Shown: positions 1 through 13,100 of the stretch, piece after piece | Numbering within the stretch: position 1 is the stretch's first letter | Layout of the letters: each line of letters starts with the position of its first letter | Assembly: GCF_040938485.1 (NCBI RefSeq) | Contig: NW_027271303.1 | Span: forward strand, 186,001 to 250,000 | DNA length: 64,000 nt | Direction: 5' to 3' | Source of the DNA: Diadema antillarum | Lineage: Eukaryota | Notes under the pieces: model-generated | The model's input: only the letters and a program-made list of their open reading frames with translations | Told to the model about the DNA's origin: nothing | Databases searched by the model: none | Translations under genes and position numbers: made by a program

Positions 1-760
1 TCACGTGTCTCGCGATCCTTCTTACAGCCAATCGCTCGCTTGATAGGCTGAACCAGATCTTGGTAGTCCTTATATCATATATTATAAGAAAAGGAAGAAA
101 TGGGAGACTTTAACTCTACTGTGGAAATTGCAGTTAGACTCTTCAACAAGATATGCTGAATTCGACTCCCATGTTCGGATGTCTCAGACATCCGAATATG
201 GAGATATTAATATTGTATCGAGATATTATATGGAGATACATGTATCATATGGAGATATTATATAGAGATATTTTGGTGTGGTACCCATGATGACCTTCTT
301 CGCTTATATTGGTGTTCAATACATTAATCTTGGTCCAAGATAATGGTGTCAAGTCGCTCTGGAAAAGGTAATGCTAACACAGATGATCAATTCACCCTTA
401 TCTCATTATTCCTATCTCAGATAGTCTAATTCTCAGCGGTAGTAGTTATGCAGTAGTATCATTATATTACCACCGAGAAGATTATGCACGAAAGAGTTGT
501 ATCTACAGCCATCCAAGGAAGTACCTATTAAAGATCAATGTCATATATCGACATTGTATAATGTTTGAATAATTATTTGATGGGAACTTGAATGAAAGGC
601 AATTTTATAATATACCCAAAGCTGTTTGATGGGTGGATGATTTTTCAGCTATTTCACCGGTTTTATGGCCAAATAACAAACATAATAATCATTCCTCTGG
701 GTGGGGCGGAAAGTTAGATAAAAACCTTCTGCTCATGACTTTGTATTCAAATAATTTTAC

Positions 761-3700
761 CTGTATCTGGTCTCGGAGCGTGGTCACGTCTTCAGAGAGC
801 TGCGTACATCGCTCCTTCCACGAGGTCTCGATCTCCTCGGCCCTGGAGCTCAGCTGGGTCCAGGATGCCCGGAGATGGTGGATGGCATCCTCCGGAAAGA
901 TGACGTCATAATATGACTCTTTCTCCTCCAAGGCGGAGATGTCGACCTCATTAGCCAAGTCTACAAACTCCTAGAATTGTTTAACAACGAAGTTGTTAAT
1001 GTTAAGAAACAGCGACTTTTAATCCCTTCCGCGAGTATGCATTTCATTTAGGAGATGATTACAACCCTTGGGTCATGTGGAAAGGAAGAAAAATTGTGGT
1101 GACATAGCGGTGGTGATATATATGACGTAATTATCATTATAAACGCCAGCATCGCCGTCATAAGGATGCAAGATGATTATATATAATGATGAGACACGGA
1201 TTGTTGATAGAGACATTGATAATAATGATGAAAATGACTATAATGATGACAATGAAGACGACGATGATGATAATGATATCAAACACGATGATGATTAGAA
1301 GAAGACAAGATGACAACAATACTCATAGCGATAGAAAGAACGTTGATGCTCTTAAAACAATCGAGAACTTCTCACCTGTAGCTGGGCATCTTTCTGCAGC
1401 TTCTGCTTCGTGGTGTCATGCAGAACACCCCGAAGCCGATTGATTTCCTGCTGCTGCTTGTCCGAGGTGCTAAGGAGATCCTTCGCCAGATCTCCAGGGG
1501 AAACATCATCTGGTGAACCGGTGACGATCCGGGCGGCTTTCTCCAGCTCACGGAGATCCTTTCGCAAAGTTTTACACATGGTAGGCATGATTATAGAATT
1601 AACGAAAGAGATTTTACGGGGTGTAAAACCTCTTTGTTGTAAGTAACGCAAATGGTTTATGATCTTCGAGAGTTTTTAGATCCCTAATGAACACTACAAA
1701 ACATCTAACTGCAGAACTTTATTAAAAGGCGTTGATTAACCATCCGTATACTATTTGTAATTATGATGGCGGAATCTTGAATGGTCAATGAGCCTACAGC
1801 GAATATCTTTCTTGTGCCAGTATTAATAACCGGTTATGATGTAGGCCTAATCAGGGAGGTGCTCTTTCTTCTACCTCCCTGGCCTAATCGTTGTGTTTTT
1901 GTTTCCTCTGTCTTGGTTTTTAATGGCTCCAAGAATGGCTGGTGTTTTCAAAACGACACCTATACCTTTGTGATCCTGTGATTAGTTCTCATGTATTTTA
2001 AGTAGATGTACAGAGAAGCGTGGCTTACCTCCAGTTGTTCCTGAAGTTTTTTGATCTTCTTCTCGAGCTGAAAAGAGTTGGATTCACCGGCCTTTTGACA
2101 GGAAGATTGTAATAAACACGTTTTACAGCTTTGTAATGAAGCATTTTGCTCAGAAGGGAATTTAAGATGATACGCACTGACTTCTGCCGGTCTCGATAAC
2201 TATTATTTCTAATCAATCTAATTCATGTTTCCTTTATGCGTTCACATTATGAATTGTGTTGCCTATACTCTCTTCCACAACTACTATTTCTCCTGCTATT
2301 TTAAAAAGGAGGAATAGAATTAATGAGAAAGATGATTCAAGATAATAATAGTAATCATAAAAACAATAACAATAATAATAATAATTGTCATTATGATGAT
2401 GAAAGTTATTATAATGATATTATAATAGTACTAAGTAATGATAGGTAATAGTATTTATAACAAAAATAATGATAATAATGATAATCCTACAAAACGTAAA
2501 TTGACAAATTACCTCCAGGATGGTTTGTGTGGTGGCGGTAGAGGTGCATACCCGCTTACAAACCCGAAGGTCTAAGGCGGGGCCAGCAGCGATAGCATGA
2601 GACTTGGCAACCGCATCCTCGTCGTCGTCGCTATCGTCATCATCCGCCGAGGCGACCACGCTGCTGGTGGTCGATGGCGGGACACTAGGTTTGGCCGTCA
2701 TCATCCGAACGACCATGTCCATGCGGGATGGTGGTGAGTCCTGCGGGACGGAGATGGGGGTGCGGGAGGTAGAAGCAGCTGCTTCCACAGAGACTGAGGC
2801 GTCCTGCAAGTATGAGCACGTTACAATCCATTTTCATACCATTACGAATAAATTCGACAATATGCAGATAAAAAACAAAACTGAAGTGTGATAATCGACA
2901 GCATGTAAGCAGCATCTCTTCGTATGGTCTGAAACACAGCTGAAATCATTTTCATCACACAAATTTCCTTCCATGCATATATATAGATAAGGTGAAAAAA
3001 ACATGAGAAGAATTAGAATGCGCCAGCTGTGGCAGGACAACAATGATAATCACCGTTTCATAATCTTGATTATCACTGATATAGAGACTAATATGTGAAT
3101 ATGATAGCTAAAGACAGGTAGACATATAAATCGAGTAATGGNNNNNNNNNNNNNNNNNNNNNNNNNNNNNNNNNNNNNNNNNNNNNNNNNNNNNNNNNNN
3201 NNNNNNNNNNNNNNNNNNNNNNNNNNNNNNNNNNNNNNNNNNNNNNNNNNNNNNNNNNNNNNNNNNNNNCACAGTTCAACTATATCAAGCGCCTACGAAA
3301 GATACTTGTACAAAAAAAATGATATAATTCAAATCATTACAACTGAGGAAAATTTAAAAGACATCAGATCAAAACTGCTATTTTATCATTGAATCTTTCA
3401 TAATATTTACTATTATGCTTCTTTGTTTGAAAGTTTAAAGAGACGTTTATTCATTTACAGTGAACACATAATTCAGCATAAAGGAATGGTATACAGAAAA
3501 CTCATTGTAATGCCCAAGAAATTCTCTTTTATAAACTCAAAAGTACTCGACTGGACAACTAAAAAAAAACAACAAGTGTGATTCCACTGGTACAATAAAG
3601 ATGAACATTTTTTGAAAATCGAATTCGATTATGAGAAAAATAATCATCACAGATAGCAATACATCGCAAACACTGCATTAAAATGTACGATGAAACGACT

Positions 3701-4166
3701 TGAAAGATTAAAAAAAAAGTCACTTGAGCATTAACATTCTATATAGTAAGCATGGGTGTTTTTGTGTGTTTTGTGTGTATAGGCCTATTTATATGCATGT
3801 ACGTGTATTTATATATGAGGGTGTACATAATGTATGTGTGTGAATATGTGTGAGAATGTATCTGTAAAGAATTGTGATAGAAAAATTCATCGTCATCACC
3901 TGCTCGGAGTTTTCGACGTCGCTCGCCTGGTCGTCCGCCTCGAGGATGGAGTCCTCGTTGGAGGGATCGAACGGGTTCGTCCAACCGAAAGTCTTCTGCA
4001 AGACTTGCTTGACAGCCTTGGCGACAACGTCGCTGTCATTCTCCGATTCAACAGTGCGAAGGTCTTCTCGCCGGGATGAGGTCATCGTCCTGTTCGCGCG
4101 CCGGAGTCTCCGCGCCCCCTGTGCGGCATTGCTGCCGCTTGCTGGGATCAGTGGAAAATCTTCCAT
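761..4166 (-). CDS. Uncharacterised acidic / coiled-coil protein, at least 330 aa, 3' end not found (probably continues left)
   Basis: Exons 4166-3900, 2803-2513, 2067-2029, 1558-1376 and 970-761 are GC-richer than their flanks, have GT donors and AG acceptors, and are all phase 0, joining into one open frame (MEDFPLIP...ENSEQ/DASVS...TILE/LEKKIKKLQEQLE/DLRELEK...AQLQ/EFVDLANE...RDQIQ). The exon 4 acceptor (AAG) is weak. An acceptor 4 nt before the ATG suggests an upstream exon. No family recognised. Confidence 0.65.
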
Positions 4167-4211
4167 ATTGCTGGAACAAAGCACATTCGTAATCGTGACT
4201 GTATACACCTG

Positions 4212-4405
4212 GGTCCCGTTGCATAAAACTTTTTTAGCAACCTTAAAAAATTCAGGTTGGGATTTGCCCAACCTGAATTTTTTTAAGGTTCCTAACCTAA
4301 GAATGTAAAATCTGTTGCATAAAAACTCTGGTTGGGAGCTTCCAACCGGAATTTTGTGATTTCAACCGGAATAAAAATCTGGTTGGAGTTCTATGCAACG
4401 GGCCC
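4212..4405. mobile_element. PIF/Harbinger-type MITE
   Basis: TIRs GGTCCCGTTGCATAAAAC / GTTCTATGCAACGGGCCC, flanked by a 3-bp CTG duplication (4209-4211, 4406-4408). Internal hairpin AAAAAATTCAGGTTGGG...CCCAACCTGAATTTTTT. Confidence 0.8.
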
Positions 4406-6406
4406 CTGGGCTATAGGGGGGGGGGGGGATGGAGCAAGCTAAGGGTGAATCTGTTTCTGTTCTTGTTTAGCAATCAGCAAACAAAGAAAATGAATTTTAA
4501 AGGTGGGCTAATTTCATTCAAAACTGAACTAAAATGTCAAAAATTCTGTTGCGTCATACGGTGCTCACATAAAGTCAACAACGCTTTGCTGTTATTATGA
4601 CTGCACTGTCCTAAGTTTGTGGTTCGCAATTCTGCATGCCTTAAGTCAGCTCTCTTAATGTTTTCTACGAGTTGATTTGCATATTAATGGTATAATAATC
4701 ACAGAGGATGAAAACACAGAATTGCACAAGCGACTTTGTATACATGTAATGCATTGTATTCCACGATTGGTTACAGTCACTTTTACAGTTTCCACAGCAT
4801 GCAGTCATGCACGCAGGTCAAGGTATACACACGAAAACAATATCACTGACTGAAAATATCATCCCAACATCCCGTTTCAACTGATCATAATATTATCTTT
4901 GTAAATTTTCATGGTAAAAATAACGTAAACAACTCACTCAGACTTTCTCGCCGTCAGCTATAATACGGTAGTTGATTCTGAGATGGTAGATGAAAAAGAA
5001 CCGTCAAAAAGTCGCAAAAATACGAACATTGAAACAAAGTATTGTTCCAGCCGAAGTGCACTCAACGAAAGAGTTAAACACAGTGAAGATCATAGGAGTG
5101 TAAAGTGTGTATAAAAACTGCTTCATTGTTTCTAGGTTGCTGATGACGTCATAATACAGAACTTCGAGCAAATGGGCCGGTTGACATTTGCGCATACCCA
5201 AATTGAGAAAACGTCATCAATGTCAGTGCGCGGAAATAGTGGAATACAGGCGATGATAAATGTATATCTCTCCCTTAAAGGGAGGGTACAGTATAATCAG
5301 CCTAGGCCGTTTCATTAAGAAGTTACTTTGATTACCAAGCCCGCAGTTGTAATTTGCAATAATTGCAGTTACAACAGTAATAAATAAAACGGTAAAGTCT
5401 TAAAGACTATTATTTTGTCAATGCAGTTTCAATCATTGCAGGCCGAAACCTATCGTATAGCCACAATAAATATTTAAAACTCCCGATATCAAACAGGGGC
5501 TCAGGATATTGCTCGTATACCAAAACCTTCTATAGTTTGGTCTAGGTCAAGGAAAATGAATGCCCATACTGTTATGATGGTACATCCAATCATCAATAAC
5601 TTTCTGGGGTCTGGTTCCCTCAGATTTTCTATAAATGACCACTTATATGTGAGGGGAAAGGGAAATCAACGACAGGGCAGTGTTACAGCGTTGTCTTACA
5701 GTGTTCAATCGTTTGAAAATGAATAATAACAGAGTGAAATCGGACAAAGAGAATGGTAACGCTTTATCCAAAGTTGAAATGAAATATATAAGACAACTGT
5801 GGGATCCTTAAACTTGATGTCTTCATGAAGCACAAATAATGGGAGCAAACGCGATATATGCGGTGTATTATGATTATGACTATTATGGCCTTACCAATGC
5901 GTCCGTTCATGATCTATACAGGAATGTAAAAAATGCATGAAAAAAAAATGAAATGGATTCGGTTCGTCATTTGAAAGATGAAATAAGGTTCTTTTTTTCC
6001 CAAAGTTCGTTAAAGATGAAATAAGGTTTGTAATCTTGAGGCTCGTTAGTACGCACCTTTTTTATATTCTCTCTCTTTCTTTTTTCTTTTCAGATTAAAG
6101 AACATCTGGTACACGCGGAATTCAGTGTGCCTTTTGGAATGACGAACCTGAGGAATAACGAAAGTTTATAGGTGTAGTTACATACCAGGAAGGAGAGAGG
6201 CCTCCCTGGTTATATCCAAAACATACGTATATCTTATGTAACATGAAATCAGAAGAAGAAAAAAAATCTCTGTACAAATTGTATGTTGGATTAGCCAACA
6301 ATGTAATAAAGGCGTGATGGAGATAAGCGTAACTCTATAATTATCTTACACATAATCTATACAAAAAAGAAAAGATACCAAAATTCCCTCAAAAAGCAGC
6401 AGCTGC

Positions 6407-6475
6407 AACAACAACAACAACAACAGCGACAACGACAACGACGACGACGACGACGACAACAACAACAACAACAAC
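6407..6475. repeat. Compound (CAA)n/(GAC)n microsatellite
   Basis: Directly visible trinucleotide runs. Confidence 0.9.
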
Positions 6476-6552
6476 AGATCACTTCTCCAATCAGAGTCCA
6501 AGCTCCTCCAGAAGGCACGCATGGATAACATCACTATCTCTGTATAACATGA

Positions 6553-6678
6553 GTCACCGAAAGTTCAGTCTGTATTTCATAGTCGGGAACATCTTCCGAG
6601 GGGACTTCGTCTGGCTTCACGGAATATATAGATATATTTAAAATGAAACTCCTCCGAACAGACAGATTTTTCTGTCTA
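6553..6678. mobile_element. Degenerate MITE, same family as 43503-43659
   Basis: Shares GTCGGGAA...TCTGGCTTCACGGA...ACTCCTCCG(A/G)ACAGAC..ATYTTTCTGTCTA with the 43.5 kb copy. Left end and TSD are eroded. Confidence 0.6.
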
Positions 6679-7024
6679 GTCAAGAGACTGCGAACTTTTT
6701 ATAGAATGTGTAGATCGAGTCATTTGAGTGATACTATCAATATGCAAAATATAAACGTGTGACCAACTTGCCCCTACTTTCTTCATTCCTTTCACTGAAG
6801 ATTTTTTTTTCCACCCAGCTTTCTCCATTCGCTAAATCCCCATAATTGTCTACAATGGTCTACGCGGAATTCATGGTATCCTTTTCTGTCGAGGAATCTG
6901 AGAATGACAGCACGCCAGGCCAGGCGTTCTTCACTGTGGTTCTTCAGTGAGACGTCGTAACGCGCAGACGCACTGCCCTGGATCGATCGTCAGCCGGGCT
7001 CAAAGAATGACGAAGGAGTACCTT

Positions 7025-7155
7025 TTCCGACCAATCAGAGACCAGCACAGTGGACCTTTAACTTCAAAATCTAAACGCAAAACATCGTCGGCGTGTCTCC
7101 GGTGTGTGCAAGAAGTGGTCGTTTCATCAAATTCCAGTTAGTCAAACACGCCATT
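7025..7155 (+). promoter_or_regulatory. Putative KMT5A core promoter / 5' region
   Basis: CpG-enriched stretch with CCAATCAG at 7031, about 125 bp before the ATG. No TSS evidence. Confidence 0.35.
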
Positions 7156-10100
7156 ATGCCGCGGAAACGTAAGTTTAAAGCCACCTCTTAGTATATTCTG
7201 AGGTATTTATACTATAATTCTTTTCTGCTTAATTCTACATATCGATTTGGTTGGTAGAAATCTCACGTTCTAAAACAGTGTGTGGCTACGGCTGCAAGCT
7301 GTTGTGTTACACGTCTGCGCTGCTGGCAGCCGTTGCTATTCAGTCCCATATGTGGCAAATTGTGTTAGTGGGCGTTCATATGACTGTTTTCTTTACAACG
7401 GCGAGTGTCATGTTCTGCGCTGCGAGATTAACTTTCGTTCATATCTCTACTTTATCAGCTACAGCCGACATTTTTTCCGTTTTAATCTTAAAGAAGATAG
7501 ATAAGGTCATGGTAAATATAGCCCGACGGCGACCAGACGCTGTTGTGTTAGTGTTAGCAGTTAGTGTTAGACTTTCTATTCAACTGGACCTGATGATATC
7601 CCGATCCCAGGAACTTTCCTCAAGATGTTTGCAAAGGAACTAGCCCCCATAGCCCATCCTCACCGTTGTATTCCAACAATCTTTAGATACAGGTATTGTT
7701 CCTTCTGACTGGCGGGTAGCAAACATCATAACTGCGACAGCCGCCACACGCAGTGTGGCGGCTGCGCCGTGCTCCCATTCAAGATCTTCATGTTGAACAA
7801 ACGGGTGCCTTTGCGGCGCTATATTTCCTTAATTTTTCAACAGAAACTACTAGGAATACTTACATGGGTCGATGAAACCTAAATCAGTTTAATGACTATC
7901 ATCGGCGACTGTTTGATGCATTTCATTGCTTGTGATGCACAAAATGATGTCTTATAAGCAGCTCACCGATGTTCACAGAATTCACAATCACTTGCACAAG
8001 CGCACAGAATACTTGAACTGTATTGTTAGCCTTTTGTCAAGGCCCTCTCGCTGTAACGGAAGAGCGAACGGACGAGCGAAGCTAGTCCATCCGAGCGCAC
8101 AGCGCTACCCCACTCGGCTGGCTCTCCACACCATACAGCGAGAGGGCCTTGACAAAAGGCTACGTATCACTTGCTACAGACGTAAATATTCATAAATGAA
8201 TGATACATGCAAAAAAAAAAAAAATAACAACAACAACATGCTGCTGGAATTTTTTTCCGTACCCTTAATACGCCGAAGAAATGTGTTCCAGTAATGCTGC
8301 TTGAATCGCTGACAAAATGATAATAATAATGATAATAATGTCTTGATCATGCACACTGAGTCATGAATATTCATTTACAATGTTACTAGTATTATGTATT
8401 GTTGTACATCGACGATGTGGCCGATGGGGGAAAAAAAAAACAAGGAAAAACTGAAACCCCACCTCTTCCTCTGTCTCACTGAAGATGGCATCCATGATGC
8501 TGTGATTCAAATCACAATTCTATATAAACTAGACTGTTAGTAGTTGTAACTAAGCCAGCCGTGTAATTGTATACAAAATGATACAGTACTGTACTACAGT
8601 ATTGCAAACATTGAAAATGAACTGTTTGATGCATTTTATTCATTTCACCTTGTAATTATGCACTGAGTAATTATGCATTATTCATATCCTTGAGCTTCCC
8701 TACCGATGACGTCATTATTTACGCATGCGTAGATGCGTGCAAATGGATACACGTTCAAAATGGCAGCAAGGCTCTCCTCACTGGGGCAGGTCGCTTACTC
8801 CTAAAAAATGTGGAAAATTTTGCAGTTTCCAGATGAATTGGTGAGAAGAACCAAGCCAATGAAGTAATCTATACTTCAATTTTGATCGTTACTGTGTTCA
8901 TTATCGAAATTTAGTTATTGTTTATTTGTGAAGTCGCCGCATGTGGCAATAGGGGAGCTCACATAAGCGAAACTGCGGGGAAGCCGCCAGGACCGCGCCT
9001 GGCGGCGCGGTCTCCGGGGCTACAAACATCACACCGATATTCAAGAAAGGTGATAAAAGCACTCCATCCAATTACCGCCCTGTCTCGGTCACCTCAATCT
9101 GTAGTAAGATTAATTGATTAATTGAACACATCATTTTTAGCGAAATAATGGATCATTATGACAATAATGGTATACTACACGACTGACAACATGGATTCCG
9201 CCCCAACCACTCATGTGAGACACAACTTATTCAAACAGCACAAGATCTTACCTCAGTCCGGGAAACCCGCTCATGAGGATCGCTCCCGCGTACGAGGACT
9301 ACCCCGCCTCATGAGGACTGCCCCCACACTTCATGAGGACCGCCCCCACGCCTCATGAGGCCCGGGGGGGAACGCCTCATGAGGCACGGGGGGGGGGGGG
9401 GGGGGGGGGGGGGGCCGAACGCCTCATGAGGCCCCCAATTCACTTCTATTCATCTCACATCTGACGTATAAATTGTCGCAACTTTGCACGGTGATTTTTT
9501 GTTACACACACATGTCCACTATCCATGATGAAAAGAAGAAAAAAATCCTATCCGTTTTTTTTTTTTTAAATCGAGTTTTAATCAACCGATGCAGAGCGCC
9601 CATCAAAACACCCGTGAGGCGTGGGGGCGGTCCTCATGAGGCGGGGCAGTCCTCGTACGCGGGAGCGGTCCTCATGAGCGGGTTTCGCGGACTGTACCTT
9701 TAGTCTCCTTGGACCAAAAGGACCAGGTTGATGCAATCGCTCTTGACTTCTCAAAAGCTTTCGACCGGGTGCCCCATGAATGACTTTTGCTAAAACTCCA
9801 TCATTATGGTATTAGAGCTCATCTCCTTGACTGGATCAGATCCTTTCTCACCACTAGGTCACAGAGGGTTGTTATTGATGGAGTCTCATCTGAGTGGACC
9901 CATGTTTCATCAGGAGTACCACAAGGGACAGTCCTGGGGCCTCTCTTTCATCTCATTCATCAATGACCTCACAACTGACATAACATCGACAAGATAAGAT
10001 TGTTTGCAGATGACTGTCTCAACAATTCAGACCACCATGCTCTTCAACAAGACCTAGAGACCGCCTCCACCACTAGTCCAGCATATGGCAGATGAAATTC

Positions 10101-13100
10101 AACACTGAGAAGTGCCATCTACTCTGATTCACCCTGCGTCATAACATCCTAGAAGGAAATTACTCACTGGGTAACTCCCAACTCACAGCCGTGCAAAGTT
10201 ATGAATACCTAGGACTCACCTTCACCCACAATCTTTCATGGCAAACCCATATTATTAATGACATGATCTCCAAATCCAACCAAATGCCAGGTTTAATAAA
10301 CAGGGATTAAGACGTTCTTCGCAGAAGATACGACAGAAGGCTTACCTCACCCTCGTGCGGCTGGAATACTGTGCCACCGTCTGGAATCAATTTACAAAGA
10401 AGGATTTATCTAGAATCGCGGCAGTACAGCGACGAGCTGCTCGATTTGTCCTGCAGAGGTACTATCACAGGGACAGTGTGTCCGATATGATCCAACAACT
10501 TAATTGGGACACACTAGAGCGCCGCAGGCTTCACTACTGCCTCATTCTTCTCCACAAAATAAAGGACAACAAGGTAGCCGTCAACACAGACCATCTCTTA
10601 ACACCCATTCCCTACACAAACACTAGAAATTATCATCCAAACAAGATCAAATCCATACCCGCACGAACCCGATTATACCAGAACTCCTTTTTTCTGAGGA
10701 CTATACTGGCATGGAATGTGCTCCCAATCAGCATCCTGGCTTCCACATCAATAGAAGCCTTCAAGGGTGCACTCACATCACTCAACCACTAAATGATGTG
10801 GCCTTTTTTACTTGCACCTTGTACTAAGTATTATAAGCACCATCTGTCTGCGCTGCACGGGACACTCACTAGTCCCCTCGACACTACATTCAGAGTGATG
10901 GATCCTGTCGAGTACCGAAGTAGAAGTATTCGTGATTAGTGAATAGTGAATAGTGTTAATACTAATTAATATTTTAGTAATAATACAGCGACTGGGCGGG
11001 CTGCTGCTCCTATCACTTTACTAGCCTGATCCGACTCAAACTTTTTGGTGCTTTTTTTTTTCTGTGCCATGGCTCTCACTTCTCCATGCACAAATCAGCC
11101 CTTCCTGTAAAACTAAAGCCTGACATCATTTTACAAATATTCAGATTTAAGACCAGAGAAAAGTACGATCAGAACTATCTGATTTTGTGTGCATAGTATT
11201 CCAAATTAAAAATTTATATTGGTGAGTTTTATTGTCTGCGTCTGCGCACAGTGAGCGAACTCGTTGCCGTTGGCGCCCGATCATTGTAACCTGATTTTTG
11301 TCGAAAAGTGCCAACAGAATTTGTTTCTTCTTTTTATCACGGAGAGTGGACATACATATGATATGTGTGCAACAAGAAATCCCCATGCAAACTTGCAACA
11401 TTTTATATTGTGATAGTTAATGTGAGATGGATGAGAAGTGAAAGGGGGCCTCATGAGCGTCTCTCCCCCCGAGGACCTGAATCCAAGTTAATGAGCATGG
11501 CCAGGGTGCTCATGAGGAGGAGAGAACCTTATGAGCAGGTTTTCCATACTGATACTAGATAGGATATTTCTTTTGTGAGCAAGCGTTTCTTTAACCAATA
11601 CTTGTATTTCTTTTCTCCTTATCTTGTATTGTCTTTTTGTAGGTAGCAGGGGTCGTCGTGGAAATTCAGGCAAAAGATCCAATGTTGACCAACAAGTGAG
11701 TGATTGAAAATATGTATTGCTCAATTTCTATGCATTATTTTGCTTATATTGCATTTCTATAAAATATTGACATTTATTAGAATCCAGATGAAGTTAAAGC
11801 TGCACTAATTTTCTAATATGATTGTTATCAGTAATCAATATGACTAAATAAGATAGTTGTGCTTACAATTGATTTCATAGTACCATAGTTTGTAATGTAA
11901 TTCATCCCAGCACTTTTTTTTTGGGGGGGGGGGGGAGGGGGTAAATTACTTTTTTAAACATGTCTTTTTCCTTTATTTGTACTGTTACAGAACAGTTTAT
12001 GTTTAGCCATGAATTGATAATTATCAGAGGTCTCTTCTGAAATGTGAGGTGCAGTGAAGATGTACTTAGTGGTCTATTAAGTAGCAAAGTCTTTTGCTGT
12101 ATGTCGTAAGATGTATTTTATCTCGCCGTAGACGATGGTTGTCCTATATTACATAGCAACGTTGTGGTCAAAGCATTTGACATGTATTGGCATTCGTGTA
12201 TAAGGGCATGTGCAAGTTCAGCGGCGATGCCAACATTATCATGCCATGCTTTTGGTCTGAAGCTTTGTTTTATCTACAATTGTACACGATATCCCTGCTT
12301 AGACATTTGTCATATAACAGGCATTTAGAGACAGTTGGCTTACATCTCATTCAAAGTCAGTGTTTGTTGCTTGTTGTTGTCTAGCTAGGAATACCGGTAT
12401 TCAAGTTCACCTCTTGATTGCTGACGTGATGTCGTGATATACATTTGTAATCATCAAGTGAGAAGCCATTTGAATGAACGATCCCCAGCTTCCACCAGTT
12501 GTGCACACAAGTGTATCACTTTTTTGTTTCATGCAGGCTACTGCACCTGCCTCATCTCCAAAGCTTGATGATTCCAAGATCACCCATTATTTTCCTGCCT
12601 CTGAAGGCCAACTTGAGAGTTCCCCTGACAAGCAAACATCTGACCTGATCAACCCAGGAGCAAATATTGGTAGTGAGTGTAAATCCCTTCTTGACACCTT
12701 CTCCTGTCATTCTATCCCTGGATGGTATAAAAAACCTGGGAAATTGAATTAAGTTTTTTGTTTTTTCATGCCTCCGCCAACGAAGTGGCCGGAGGCATTA
12801 TGTTTTCAGGTCGTCCGTCCGTCCGTCCCGTTTTGTTTTTGTCGATATCTCAAGAACCGTGTGGTGGTTTTACATCAAACTTGATACTAGTATGAGGGTA
12901 TATCCTGGGGGGATAATACTTTGTTTGGATTTTAGGGTCACGGGGTCAAAGGTCACAGGTTATTTTGTGAAAAAAGGTTGAAATTTCATGTTTTTCTCCA
13001 TATCTCGCAAATGTCTTTATGGTTCAAGTAATCTTCATGGAACTTAGTATATATGCATGTACCGATGGGCAGTAATTATCTAGGGAAGTTGGGGGTCATG

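Larger units (their letters stand above)
7581..10928 (+). mobile_element. 5'-truncated, decayed non-LTR retrotransposon (CR1/L2 group) in KMT5A intron 1, split by two DNA-transposon insertions
   Basis: RT motifs readable across frameshifts and insertions: GPDDI, WRVANITPIFKKGDKSTPSNYRPVS, QHGFRP, LDFSKAFDRVPH, GVPQGTVLGP, IRLFADD (10003-10014). C-terminal RLEYCATVWN...VQRRAARFV...SFFLRTILAWNVLP (ORF 10355-10792). Short GAAGTA tail. Confidence 0.9.

Noticed and set aside
170-200. Near-perfect hairpin CATGTTCGGATGTCT-C-AGACATCCGAATATG
   Set aside because: Too short for a pre-miRNA, with no family context; likely a repeat remnant.
1841-1970. Possible extra exon(s) of the coiled-coil gene
   Set aside because: Could not be joined to the next exon in a consistent phase; the simpler model was kept.
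5440-5940. Cys/Tyr-rich reading frame that looked like a decayed secreted-protein gene
   Set aside because: About four stops in about 90 codons is near random expectation, and no family motif was recognisable.
9254-9440. Spaced CCTCATGAGG palindromes resembling a CRISPR array
   Set aside because: Eukaryotic intron, repeats only 10 bp, spacers similar to one another, mirrored at the other end as a TIR, no cas genes.
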